Below, piece by piece: positions 1-10,167 of a DNA stretch of 64,000 bases; the first letter of the stretch is position 1; every line of letters begins with the position of its first letter. The DNA lies in assembly GCA_039809385.1 (NCBI GenBank), contig JBDHUY010000009.1, forward strand, positions 32,347-96,346, written 5' to 3'. The DNA comes from Candidatus Altimarinota bacterium. Its GTDB lineage: Bacteria; Patescibacteriota; Gracilibacteria; JBDHUY01. The notes below the pieces were generated by a model. It made no database searches and had not been told where the DNA came from. It saw only the letters and a list, made by a program, of their open reading frames with translations. A program made the translations under genes and the position numbers.

Positions 1-758
1 CGAGTATCGCGGATACCAATCAATTCGACTTCTTCATTGACTTTTACTACTCCCTGCTCAACGCGTCCGGTTACGACCGTACCGCGTCCTTTGATCGAGA
101 ACACGTCTTCGACCGGCATCAGGAAGGGTTTGTCAAGATCGCGGACCGGATCGGGTATATAGCTGTCCAATTGATCCAAAAGCTCTTGAATACATTTGGT
201 AGCACCTTCATCGGCCGGAGCTTCCAAGGCCTTAAGAGCCGATCCTTTGATAATCGGGACCTGGTCTCCGGGAAATTTGTATTTGGAAAGCAGATCACGG
301 ACTTCAACTTCTACCAGCTGCAGCAATTCGGGATCATCAACCATGTCTACCTTATTCAAGAATACCACGATATTCGGAACGTTTACCTGACGAGCCAGCA
401 AAATATGCTCACGGGTCTGAGGCATCGGGCCGTCTGCGGCGGATACGACCAGAATCGCACCGTCCATCTGAGCGGCACCGGTAATCATATTCTTGATATA
501 GTCGGCGTGTCCCGGACAGTCTACGTGTGCGTAGTGACGAGTAGCTGTTTCATATTCCTGGTGCGATGTGTTAATGGTAATACCACGGCTTCTTTCTTCG
601 GGAGCACTGTCGATTTCACCATAAGCGCGGGCCTGGGCCAATCCTTTGGAAGCAAGATAGGTACAAATAGCGGCGGTCAACGTTGTCTTTCCATGGTCTA
701 CGTGACCGATCGTACCGACATTGACGTGCGTTTTGTTGCGGACAAATGTGCCTGCCAT
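1..758 (-). CDS. tuf: Elongation factor Tu (5' part; truncated by the window edge)
   Basis: Reverse strand from ATG at 758 reads [31 protein letters not shown]...; the DCPGHADY and [11 protein letters not shown] motifs follow. Not in the ORF track because the gene is truncated. Confidence 0.97.
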   Translation of the reverse strand, partial: MAGTFVRNKTHVNVGTIGHVDHGKTTLTAAICTYLASKGLAQARAYGEIDSAPEERSRGITINTSHQEYETATRHYAHVDCPGHADYIKNMITGAAQMDGAILVVSAADGPMPQTREHILLARQVNVPNIVVFLNKVDMVDDPELLQLVEVEVRDLLSKYKFPGDQVPIIKGSALKALEAPADEGATKCIQELLDQLDSYIPDPVRDLDKPFLMPVEDVFSIKGRGTVVTGRVEQGVVKVNEEVELIGIRDT

Positions 759-1211
759 AGAAGTAATTTGGGTAACAAAATAAGAAAGCCAATAATTTAC
801 ATAGGCGGAAGATACGTTATCAAAAGGCAAAAACGAATGCAAGATTTTTTTAAATTTAGCGGTTAGTACATAGCGGCTAGCAGACAGTCTGTTGTTATTA
901 TCGTCATGGCGCAGCAGAAGATAGCCAAATTATGGCATTGTAGCAACTTTCCAGGCTGACCGCTCATCGCTCGTCGCTAGCCGCTCATCGCAACCTGCCT
1001 TTTTCACCAGATTTTATCTTTTCCTCATTATTGTACGAATAGGATAGAACTCGATAGTGTATCTTTCCTTTCGAAATGGATACGACCAAAAAGCTAAAAA
1101 AAGTCGAGACGTGATGATTTTATGTCGTTTGAAAAATTAAAGAAAATTTTATATCTATACTCTATAGATCATATATACTATTGGTATTTTACATTTAAAA
1201 CAAATATACCA

Positions 1212-2150
1212 ATGTCATCAACCATGCGGTACCTTGCGGGAATTTTGTTTTTCAGCGTATTGCTGGGAATACCGGCTGCTTCATCGGAAAACAACTGCCG
1301 CTCCTACCCGATTGATTGTTGGGGTTCTATAAACGGGATTTCCTGCGGACAGGTGGGAGTATCCGAATATTGCGGGTACGAGCAATTCACGGCCTGCCCG
1401 GCAAAGTATCCCGCGTGCTATTACACCGGACCAGACCCCCAATGTCTGGAGAATTGTGAGAAAGACCATATTCCGCCCCACATCATAGCGATCCCTCCAG
1501 CTCTCAATGTTACGATTCCCAATTTCATACATGTGATACTTACTCTCCGGGATGAGAATATGCGGGTTGCTCGGGGGCGATATATGATTGACGGCCTCGC
1601 AGATACCAGGAAGGGGTTGTATTTCGAAGAAAGTACGGTGATTACGATTGTCGCACCCGGGCATCATTTCATATCGGTATGGGCGACAGATGATGCCGGG
1701 AATACTCAAACAGCGGTTTTTGGCCCCTACCGGATAAACACCGAAACGGACGGAAACAGCAATCAGAATATCAGCCCGCAGATAGTTGAATGCCCTTATT
1801 CCATGGATGCTCCCGAAACCATCAGATCGGGTACGGTACTTGCATGGCTGAGACTCTGCGGCCCCTCTTTTGAAAAATTATTAGAAGAGAAAGAAGTGGC
1901 GACGGGACCGATCTTACTTACCGACTCTTTTGATAGAATCGTGTCTAGCGCAAAGCTGCCGAGCCAACATAGCTGGACACCGACCGAACCGAGCGGCAAT
2001 ATTCAAACGAAACTCCGCGAGATGCTCCAGAAAAAGGTTTGTGCACTTGCTGACAAAGAATTTCCCATAGACTTATTGCTCACAACCTATCATCTGGAGG
2101 GCTTTCCATTTTTTATCATGTCAGATTGCCCGATGATATATAAAGAATAG
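1212..2150 (+). CDS. Secreted Cys-rich protein with an Ig-like domain and a shared helical WL-x2-CG domain
   Basis: Signal peptide (LAGILFFSVLLGIPAAS), Ig-like segment ...ISVWATDDAGN, C-terminal domain paralogous to the next two ORFs. Start placed at ATG 1212 because the upstream part of the ORF is AT-rich intergenic-like sequence. Confidence 0.75.
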   Translation: MSSTMRYLAGILFFSVLLGIPAASSENNCRSYPIDCWGSINGISCGQVGVSEYCGYEQFTACPAKYPACYYTGPDPQCLENCEKDHIPPHIIAIPPALNVTIPNFIHVILTLRDENMRVARGRYMIDGLADTRKGLYFEESTVITIVAPGHHFISVWATDDAGNTQTAVFGPYRINTETDGNSNQNISPQIVECPYSMDAPETIRSGTVLAWLRLCGPSFEKLLEEKEVATGPILLTDSFDRIVSSAKLPSQHSWTPTEPSGNIQTKLREMLQKKVCALADKEFPIDLLLTTYHLEGFPFFIMSDCPMIYKE

Positions 2151-2279
2151 ACCCGCTATTTCAAAACACCGTTATAGTACTCTTTACTTTTATAGTTGAA
2201 GCAACATTCTTTCTATTTGTTCCATAGAAAAATTATGTTATAATAAAAATGCATTCTGAAAAAATAAACAAAAAATACC

Positions 2280-4520
2280 ATGGACTTATCATCTTGCCAG
2301 TTGAAAAAATACGATTTTCAACTATTGCCCCTCATCTTAGGTATAATCGTGGCAGCCAGTTTTTTCCTTATGGGAAGTCCCGTACACGCGGCCGTACGTG
2401 GAGGATATTGCGGCGACGGAGTATGTGATTCGACAACTGAAAGCAGTAGTACGTGTTCAGCAGATTGCGGCGCCAGCACGACAATCACTTATGGTGCTTA
2501 TTATTGCGATACAACGACTTACCAGTGTTCTACAAAAAAATGTATAAGCGGAACAACCGGCTGTTATAGTGATGCGACTACTTGCGCCAATAATTGCAAA
2601 GCTCCCGCAACGTACGGTTATACCTGTAATACCTCTACCTATCAATGTTCCTCTTGCGTCATCGGTACTGCAGGTTGTAACTACTCCGATCTAACATCCT
2701 GTCAATCAGGCTGTCAAGCTCCTACCAGATATGGCTATGCCTGTAATACCTCTACTTATCAATGTTCTTCCTGCGTCATCGGTACTGCAGGTTGTAACTA
2801 CTCCGATCTAACATCCTGTCAATCCGGATGCCAGGCTCCTACGAAGTACGGCTATACCTGTAACACCTCTACGTATCAATGTTCTTCCTGCGTCATCGGT
2901 ACTGCTGGCTGCTCCTTCTCTGACCTCACTTCGTGTCAATCAGGCTGCCAAAATACAAATACAATCCAATTATCGAGTATCAGTCCCAGTAGTGGACTCG
3001 CCGGTACGATCGTTGGGATTACCAGTGGAAACAGTGGCTTTACCAGTACGGGCAATATCGTATATCTCAGAAATACTTCAACCGGAAACACCACAAGCAT
3101 CACGAATACTACGGCGCTCAGTTCGTTAAAAACAGGAGATGCGGCAGCCTTGGCATTCTTATCAGGTCCGTTCGCGATAGCACAAACCGAAGCGGCGGGA
3201 GGGTATAATATATTGAGATTTACAATTCCTTCCGGATTACCGAACGGTTTATACGACCTTACCGTAAAGAACGGAGCGGGAGAAGACAGCATAGATCCCC
3301 CGCTGCAATTTAGTATTTCCAATGACTCGACACCTCCCGACATAACGGCAGCTCCGAGCAGCGCCAACTCCAATAGCCCGATAAGCGTACTGCTTCAGGC
3401 GAGCGATACAGGCGGGTCAGGTCTTTTGGAAGCACGCTATATGCTCGACGCGGCAGCAGGAGACGGAGTAGGTTTTACATTTACTGCCAGCACGACCGTA
3501 ACCATCAACCGCACGACATCCCAGCCGAGCGAGACACATTACATTTCTGTATGGGCGCGTGACAATGCCGGAAATACTTTCAGCCATACGTTTCAGCCAT
3601 TCACGATCACCACCACGAACAGCAATACCAATGCATCCAACAGCAATCAAAACAACAGTATTTCTGGTATTGATATAGGGAGTTGTATTTATACGCTTGA
3701 TCAAGCTAAAGTTCAAAGTGGTACGCTTTTCAATTGGCTGAGGGATTGCGGACCGGCATATAAACAGTTGTTAGCCAACCGTAACGTGCCGATACAAGTC
3801 GATTTGACCGCACCGTTCGATACGATAGTTTCTGCTGTATCTATCCCACAATTATACGGCTGGGTGCCAACTTATAGCGGCGGAAATATTCAAAACACCA
3901 TCGGCGAAGAACTACAACGTTCGGTATGTACGCTAACCGCCCAAGGCGTCCCCTTTTCTACGCTGGTGACCAGTTATCATCTGAATGATTTGCCGTTTCC
4001 ACTTAGTAACAGCTGTAGCGGAAGTGGCGGCGGGAACGGTAACGCAAACGGCACCGGCGGCGGGACAAGCTTGGACCAGATCCGTCCATGGGTGAATGTC
4101 AATGTTACTCAGGTGATCAATCGACCAAGATCAACAATCGTCCGATTAACGGCCAAAGACAATGTCGGCGGGAGCGGAATCCAGGACGCGGCGTATGAGA
4201 TCAATACTCCTGTTTCATCTTCCACTGCGTCGAATAAACACTTTACCGATACGATCAACGCGGCAATTCCCGATGGTGGAACGCTTCACTGGTATGCCAA
4301 AGACAAGGCCGGGAACGAAGCACGGGGAACGTTTACTCCCAATAGTAGCGGTTCAACCGAACCACCCATTGTTATAACGGATCCCGGGGGTACAACCCGT
4401 CAGTGCGAAACAAATACGATCTGTATTCCCCATCCCCTTTGTTCAGTAGATACGGGGGGAGTTCCTTGCCCGCCTCCCATGTGTAACACAACTACCGTGT
4501 GTGTTCCGGTACAGAACTGA
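2280..4520 (+). CDS. Secreted modular Cys-rich surface protein (CGDG motif, 39-aa Cys repeats, IPT/TIG-like and Ig-like domains)
   Basis: 746-aa ORF with signal peptide ending VHA, YCGDGVC motif, tandem repeats, ISPSSGLAGT IPT-like start and DxAGN Ig motifs. Confidence 0.85.
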   Translation: MDLSSCQLKKYDFQLLPLILGIIVAASFFLMGSPVHAAVRGGYCGDGVCDSTTESSSTCSADCGASTTITYGAYYCDTTTYQCSTKKCISGTTGCYSDATTCANNCKAPATYGYTCNTSTYQCSSCVIGTAGCNYSDLTSCQSGCQAPTRYGYACNTSTYQCSSCVIGTAGCNYSDLTSCQSGCQAPTKYGYTCNTSTYQCSSCVIGTAGCSFSDLTSCQSGCQNTNTIQLSSISPSSGLAGTIVGITSGNSGFTSTGNIVYLRNTSTGNTTSITNTTALSSLKTGDAAALAFLSGPFAIAQTEAAGGYNILRFTIPSGLPNGLYDLTVKNGAGEDSIDPPLQFSISNDSTPPDITAAPSSANSNSPISVLLQASDTGGSGLLEARYMLDAAAGDGVGFTFTASTTVTINRTTSQPSETHYISVWARDNAGNTFSHTFQPFTITTTNSNTNASNSNQNNSISGIDIGSCIYTLDQAKVQSGTLFNWLRDCGPAYKQLLANRNVPIQVDLTAPFDTIVSAVSIPQLYGWVPTYSGGNIQNTIGEELQRSVCTLTAQGVPFSTLVTSYHLNDLPFPLSNSCSGSGGGNGNANGTGGGTSLDQIRPWVNVNVTQVINRPRSTIVRLTAKDNVGGSGIQDAAYEINTPVSSSTASNKHFTDTINAAIPDGGTLHWYAKDKAGNEARGTFTPNSSGSTEPPIVITDPGGTTRQCETNTICIPHPLCSVDTGGVPCPPPMCNTTTVCVPVQN
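2613..2951 (+). repeat. In-frame tandem repeat, 117-bp unit x3, plus a degenerate copy upstream
   Basis: Units start at 2613, 2730 and 2847 and encode YGYxCNTSTYQCSSCVIGTAGCxxSDLTSCQSGCQ, differing mostly at synonymous positions. Confidence 0.95.
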
Positions 4521-4578
4521 TGTACATAATAAACCCGATTCATAGCTATTTTTCTTTAACCATCAACTCTGCTCATCC

Positions 4579-7500
4579 ATGTCTACCAAATACAAAATCG
4601 CCATATTGTTAGGATACGTCTGGGCTATGAGTATCATACCAAATGCTTTGGGGTTCACAGGAATGATCAATCCAGACTACAATCCGACTACTCCTGGTAT
4701 AAATACCGAAATAGGAAGTATTAATACTACCGCAGGTGGAACAAAATTTGGATTCCAAGGAAACAGCTATAATGCAAACTATGTAGGTGAATGCAGTAGT
4801 ATGACGTGTCCTTGTGATCCAGACGAAGTCACTGCACAAACCTGCGAACACCAAGATAGTGTCCTCGAATGCAACGGCGGCGGCGGTACAGTCCGGATCA
4901 ATGATGGTAATCACGGGACATCGGTTATCTGCGATTCAGGGGTACACAGTTTAGGGATGATCAATTCGAGTTTTTGCGGAGACGGAATATGTATCGATGG
5001 TGAGGCTTGCTTGCTGGATTGCGGTGAGAGCGGGGGTAACAGTGGGGAAACATTTTGCCCATACTACGCGTCTTCTTTGAAGGATTGCGGTGAGAGCGGG
5101 GGTAACAGTACATCATCTACCTTTTTAAGTATAACCTCCATCACACCTGACTCCGCCAGTAGTGGAAGCAGTATACTCATCAACGGAACTGGATTTAGCG
5201 CTGCAGGGAATATCGTTTCTTTTAGCAATCGTACCACCCGGGGATCGACCACACAGCTGCAAACGCAGGCCAGCAAAAGACCTCCTCGAGCCAACGACTA
5301 CAACATCCTTAGTCTGACCGTACCCGCCAATCTGAGCGGGCTGTATGATGTATCGGTAAGAAATAGCACCGGAGAGGTAAGCAATACGTTAGTCTTTTTG
5401 GTACCCTCTTCCGGAACTCAAACAACAAATACAGACACTGCCAATAGCAATATATCCCCACCACCAGGTACCAATTTCGCTATTACTGATCTCACCCCTT
5501 CTCAAGCCAACGCGAGTTCCAATATTCTCGTTACCGGAAACAGATTTACCGGAAGCGATAACACGTTCTTTCTCAGAAACCTCCAAACCGGCCAGACCTT
5601 TACCATCCGCAATGCCAGCGGATCAAATCCGATCACGTCATGGCTCGACGCCCCAGAGGAAACAAACAGATTATTTTCCTGGCTAATTCCTCAGGCCGAA
5701 GCGGTTGAATTTATCCCTGGGGGTGCGAGTAGTGGTGGGATCAGCGCGAATACCGGCGGAGGCGGCAGTATCGGAATTGGGCCGGGAGGGAACGATATTA
5801 TTATCATCTGTGGAGGACCGGGAGGAACGTATGAAACAACCGGATCGCTCGAGGAAAATCCTTGTGGCGGGGGAGAACAAATCATCGATATTATCGACCG
5901 TCCGTTCGTTGAAGGGTATTGTGGTGATGGAATGTGTACCCCTCTGCTAGGGGAAAGTACCCAGACATGCCCAGTTGATTGCGGCGGCGGGACCTGCATT
6001 GACACAAACTGGAGCCCCAGCGCGGGCAATGTATGCAGCGGCGTATCCTTTCTTCAGACCAGTAACTGTTCGAACACGAGAACAGAAATAGGAACCAAGA
6101 CGTGTGCCGGCAGCTGTACCGTTTCTGCATGGAGCCCGGATGCATCCACCATCTGCAGCGGTCAAAGCTTTGTGCAATGCGCTACTACCCAAGGTCCTTT
6201 TGCTCATGTTTGGTGTCAAAGTCAAAGCTTTGTGCAAAGCAGCAATTGCGGTACTACCAGAACCGTGAATGGAACAAAAAACTGCAGCTCGAATACAACG
6301 CTTTATAGCAATGCTGCATTTGTCATACCTTCCACAGCACAACCCGGTACCTATGAAGTGACAGCACAAAACGGCTTGGGACAAGTAAGCAACCCCCTTC
6401 AATTTACCATTCCTGGCAGCGCAACTCCGCCACCAAGCATCTGTACGAAAACCGGAGGCAATGTCTACGGTATCGCCTACGGTCAGGATGCTGGTCCTCT
6501 GTATTTCCAGCCTTCCGATGCGGCAAACGCGCATCCAGCACTGTGTATCGATTTTGGAGTAACGATTAACCCGGACAACTCAGTCAGCGGCACCAGTCTT
6601 AGTCCGTTTTACGGTACAATTGACTGGCATAACTCCCAGGTCACAAGCGGAAGTACCTACTCCGTTTTCACCGGCAGTGTAGCACTAAGCAATTATTCGC
6701 TTAATCTGGGAAATACGACATCTCCGGATACGGATTGCGTTCCTGCCAATCTGAGTTTCCCGCCTAAAAAGGAAATTATCTGCATAGACGGAACCGGAAA
6801 GTTTTCGGGATGGATCAAGCACCCGACTACGTTCGGGTACATCAATTTCGACAACGTAACGACCACCTGGAGACCGGCGGGTGGAGCAATCGCAGCTGGA
6901 TCGTGCGATTTTGATCCGAACGATCAAACTAATAAACGCAACGGCGTGTACGTATCCTGGCTGTTACAATGCGGTCATGCTTTTGGTACCTATCTCACCG
7001 GCAAAGGGATTTATGACAATACGACACTGGCCCTGTTGAATTTATCGTCTCCAACTGAGATTAGTACCGAAAATTCCAAGATTGTCACAGAAAGTAGTAA
7101 ACTTTCAGAAAATACCGTATCGACCCGAGGTGCAGGGATTGCCGGAATCGGCAATGTAATCCGGTCTCTGACGCTGGGAGCAACGGCGCTGCCTTCGACG
7201 ACACGGCAAAGTACCGCCACGTTTGCTACAGAGGGAACGATTGTACGACTGATGCGGGAAAAAATCGAAAGCTACCTTTGCCGAGCCGAAAACTCCGAGA
7301 CAGCCAGACAACAGATACTGACCGATTTTCATATCTCCGGGAACCCGTTTTTCATTCAAAATTCAAAGTGTCTGGGGGGAGCGGGATCGCAGGATTTGGA
7401 AGCCCCAGCGGTCAATATAACTCCCGTGGATATCGGCAGTTCTCAGATTACCCTGAAGCTCCATGCTGTAGACAATGTGGCGATCTCAGACGCTGCGTTT

Positions 7501-7857
7501 GATATCAACACAACCGCGTCTCAAAGCACGCCCTCTTCCAAGCATTTTAATCCGAACAAAAATGGAGTGATACTGGCACCGGGAGATGCGCTCTATTGGT
7601 GGGCACAAGATACTGCGGGGAATATTGGGGCCGGAGTAGCCGTGGCCCCTGGAGGAAGCGGAGGAAACAGCAATAGAAATATCAACGGAACTTTTCCGAT
7701 TGGTGAAGTGGGAAACGAGTTACCACCTGAGAGACCTGGTTATGAACGCTGTTTACCGACCAGAACATGCTACGAAATAGTATGCCGGGATATAGCATTC
7801 TGCCCTGACGGACCTCCACCACCTCAATGTGATATAACTTACACGTGTTCTCAGTAA
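4579..7857 (+). CDS. Large secreted modular Cys/Gly/Thr-rich surface protein (CGDG motifs, IPT/TIG-like domains)
   Basis: 1092-aa ORF with N-terminal hydrophobic signal, two CGDG motifs, two IPT-like domains and a C-terminal 6-Cys motif. Confidence 0.85.
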   Translation: MSTKYKIAILLGYVWAMSIIPNALGFTGMINPDYNPTTPGINTEIGSINTTAGGTKFGFQGNSYNANYVGECSSMTCPCDPDEVTAQTCEHQDSVLECNGGGGTVRINDGNHGTSVICDSGVHSLGMINSSFCGDGICIDGEACLLDCGESGGNSGETFCPYYASSLKDCGESGGNSTSSTFLSITSITPDSASSGSSILINGTGFSAAGNIVSFSNRTTRGSTTQLQTQASKRPPRANDYNILSLTVPANLSGLYDVSVRNSTGEVSNTLVFLVPSSGTQTTNTDTANSNISPPPGTNFAITDLTPSQANASSNILVTGNRFTGSDNTFFLRNLQTGQTFTIRNASGSNPITSWLDAPEETNRLFSWLIPQAEAVEFIPGGASSGGISANTGGGGSIGIGPGGNDIIIICGGPGGTYETTGSLEENPCGGGEQIIDIIDRPFVEGYCGDGMCTPLLGESTQTCPVDCGGGTCIDTNWSPSAGNVCSGVSFLQTSNCSNTRTEIGTKTCAGSCTVSAWSPDASTICSGQSFVQCATTQGPFAHVWCQSQSFVQSSNCGTTRTVNGTKNCSSNTTLYSNAAFVIPSTAQPGTYEVTAQNGLGQVSNPLQFTIPGSATPPPSICTKTGGNVYGIAYGQDAGPLYFQPSDAANAHPALCIDFGVTINPDNSVSGTSLSPFYGTIDWHNSQVTSGSTYSVFTGSVALSNYSLNLGNTTSPDTDCVPANLSFPPKKEIICIDGTGKFSGWIKHPTTFGYINFDNVTTTWRPAGGAIAAGSCDFDPNDQTNKRNGVYVSWLLQCGHAFGTYLTGKGIYDNTTLALLNLSSPTEISTENSKIVTESSKLSENTVSTRGAGIAGIGNVIRSLTLGATALPSTTRQSTATFATEGTIVRLMREKIESYLCRAENSETARQQILTDFHISGNPFFIQNSKCLGGAGSQDLEAPAVNITPVDIGSSQITLKLHAVDNVAISDAAFDINTTASQSTPSSKHFNPNKNGVILAPGDALYWWAQDTAGNIGAGVAVAPGGSGGNSNRNINGTFPIGEVGNELPPERPGYERCLPTRTCYEIVCRDIAFCPDGPPPPQCDITYTCSQ

Positions 7858-8034
7858 AAATGCTGACAAATCCCGTCTCCGCTGACAATTTATCAAATGA
7901 CACCCAAAATATATTGACATATCTTATCACGGGGTTATAATTCTAGAAAGAGGAGGTTGATAAAAATTAAAAGAATTGTAAAAAAATAAAATAGAAATAA
8001 AAAAAGATACTATATTTTTTTATTTCTATTTTTT

Positions 8035-8331
8035 ATGAAATCAGCTTTACGGCCTCTGGCAATCGTTCTGACTCTTGGACTCGTTCTAACATTTTCCCAT
8101 CAAACAGCAGTCGATGCTTCGGGATCATATAATCCAAAAGATTACGGAGAAACGACTTCCTTTGTAGTAGAAAGATCTGAAAAATCTGCCAGACAATCTT
8201 TCCCCATCTGCCGTCATTACCGGCAGTGCTTTCCAGTAATCTGCGATGCCCGCACTGACCCGCATTATTGCGATAATGTGCCAAAGCAAGAATGTTTCTG
8301 GACTACCGTATGTCCGGATGAGAATTTATAA
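8035..8331 (+). CDS. Small secreted protein with a 6-Cys C-terminal motif
   Basis: Clear signal peptide (MKSALRPLAIVLTLGLVLTFSHQTAVDA); Cys spacing matches the C-termini of the two upstream ORFs. Confidence 0.75.
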   Translation: MKSALRPLAIVLTLGLVLTFSHQTAVDASGSYNPKDYGETTSFVVERSEKSARQSFPICRHYRQCFPVICDARTDPHYCDNVPKQECFWTTVCPDENL

Positions 8332-8357
8332 ATTTTGAAGTGAACTAAAAAAATCTC

Positions 8358-8391
8358 AAAAAAGAGTGTGGCGGCCCCACACTCTTTTTTT
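8358..8391. terminator. Bidirectional intrinsic terminator
   Basis: aaaaaagagtgtgg-cggc-cccacactcttttttt hairpin with A and T tails, between convergent genes. Confidence 0.85.
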
Positions 8392-8552
8392 ATCTATTAG
8401 ATTCTCCTTCAAGGATGGAGCAGGGGTGTGTTTTTCGATCCGAATAGTGTGAAAAGTAACTCTTTGTGAATAATAGCAGTTACTAGAGTAGAGCCCTGGA
8501 GAAAGTTTTCTTCAACATCCGTATCCATTGGATTGGAACTTATTTTTTCCTT

Positions 8553-9949
8553 TTACGGTGCAGTCAGGACAACCTCTATCGGAAATGGCTTTCCTACATA
8601 CCCCAATGGTGCAACTTCTACTCTGGCAAAAACCGTAACTTTGCGTTTTTCTCCCGAAGGAATCCCTTCCATTTTATATTCGTGCTGCACGGGCTCAGCT
8701 TTTTGATTTTCGAGGGGAACACGTACCTCCGGGGAGCCATCACCAAAGTCATAAACGACTTCCTCCAGAGCAGAAGATGCCGCATCTCCACGGTTCTGGT
8801 TCTGGGGAGCCATAATACTCACGAAATAACCATTGACAGCGAGTTTGTTTTTTCAACGTAGGTAATATAAGCCCCCAGTAAATCTACTCGTACAGGTTTG
8901 AACAGCTTTTTATGAGCCCCGACGCCATCTTGTATGTCATATTCAATCTCATAGGGCCCATCTCCGGGAAAAGTTACTACCAACACATCACCATTTCGAG
9001 TATTATCACGAGACTGATATAACTCTCGTACAAGTTTAATATTTCCCTCCTGATCTTTTTCTTCAACGACCCTCCATATTTTAAAATTGGGAAATGTATA
9101 TGCCGGAACATCTGTATCTTGATCCTGCTTTCCGGGCGTCCTCCCGCTGGCGTCGAATTGAAATAACCACGTATAGGCATTTTGTGGAATCGCTTTAACC
9201 CGGTCGATCAGATCAAAACTGAGGGGGACATTGATTGTCTCCTCACGTTTGCCATCAGTACTAATAGAAATCTCAACACTTGTATAGCCGTTTTCTTTTA
9301 GCTGATTTACCAACTCTGGACTCAGATTTTGGGTAATCCTTCCTGTACCGGCGGGTAGGTTGCTAATATCATCCCGGATGATGAGCGGTTCTTTAAGTGG
9401 CGGAATACTTTTGAATTGATATTTCAAGACGACTTTTGGTTTTTGTTTTCCTTTGATGTCTGGCCGGACAACGTCAACATCAAGTCGATTGAATGGCAGG
9501 CTCGAATCGAGTAAAATAGGCTCGGCATGTAATGACCACGTTTCGCTTTGTTTTTCTCGTTGCTCCTTGCTCGGCGGTGACAGGATAACGGAAACATCAT
9601 TTCCGGGCGTAGAAACTTCGGCGCCAGGCGTTTGTCCGGAAGGTGCGGCGGGTGAGGATACCGGAAGAGATTGAATCTTTGACTGACCGTCTTCAACTAT
9701 ATCCGTACCCGACCGGACGGCCGCCGGTTCTGGTTTCGGGTGGGGCGACTGAGCGTGCGCCGTAAAGCGATCATGTAAACCGACAAATGGAGCAGCGAGA
9801 GTAACAACAAGAGGACCAGCGATCTTGGCAAAGCCTTGACGGATTTTTTGGAACGGGAAGATTGCGGAATTCTGCTCTACCTGTGTATCTGGACTTTCGG
9901 CTATCGTTTCCGGCTTGTGAGAAGAACCTTTTGGCAAAGAGTTTCTCAT
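8553..9949 (-). pseudogene. Membrane-anchored protein with a C-terminal PKD-like domain, split into two overlapping ORFs by a frameshift
   Basis: ORFs 8819..9949 and 8553..8822 overlap. One extra A in the A6 run (8848-8853) joins them as ...YVEKNKLAVNGYFVSIMAPQ...VVYDFGDGS. Confidence 0.55.
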
Positions 9950-10167
9950 AGGGAGAGAAGAAAAAAACTAGTCGTTACGCGTACAAATTTAAATTAATTC
10001 AAAGCGGAAATAAGTAGCACTATATATACGTTGTCGTTTTTCATTTCTTTTGATCGAAAGAAAGTCTCCCATATTCAGAAATTAATCATACATATAACTA
10101 TTTCTTCTATGGTAGCATAAAAGGCACGCTTCTTCCAGAAAACCAGGGGACACCCAGTTTATGGAAC

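Noticed and set aside
171-866. 231-aa plus-strand ORF
   Set aside because: Antisense shadow of tuf on the minus strand.
5016-5109. Possible minimal CRISPR array (28-bp repeat, 38-nt spacer)
   Set aside because: Only two repeats, in frame within a CDS, and no cas genes or leader in the window; kept as an insertion finding instead.
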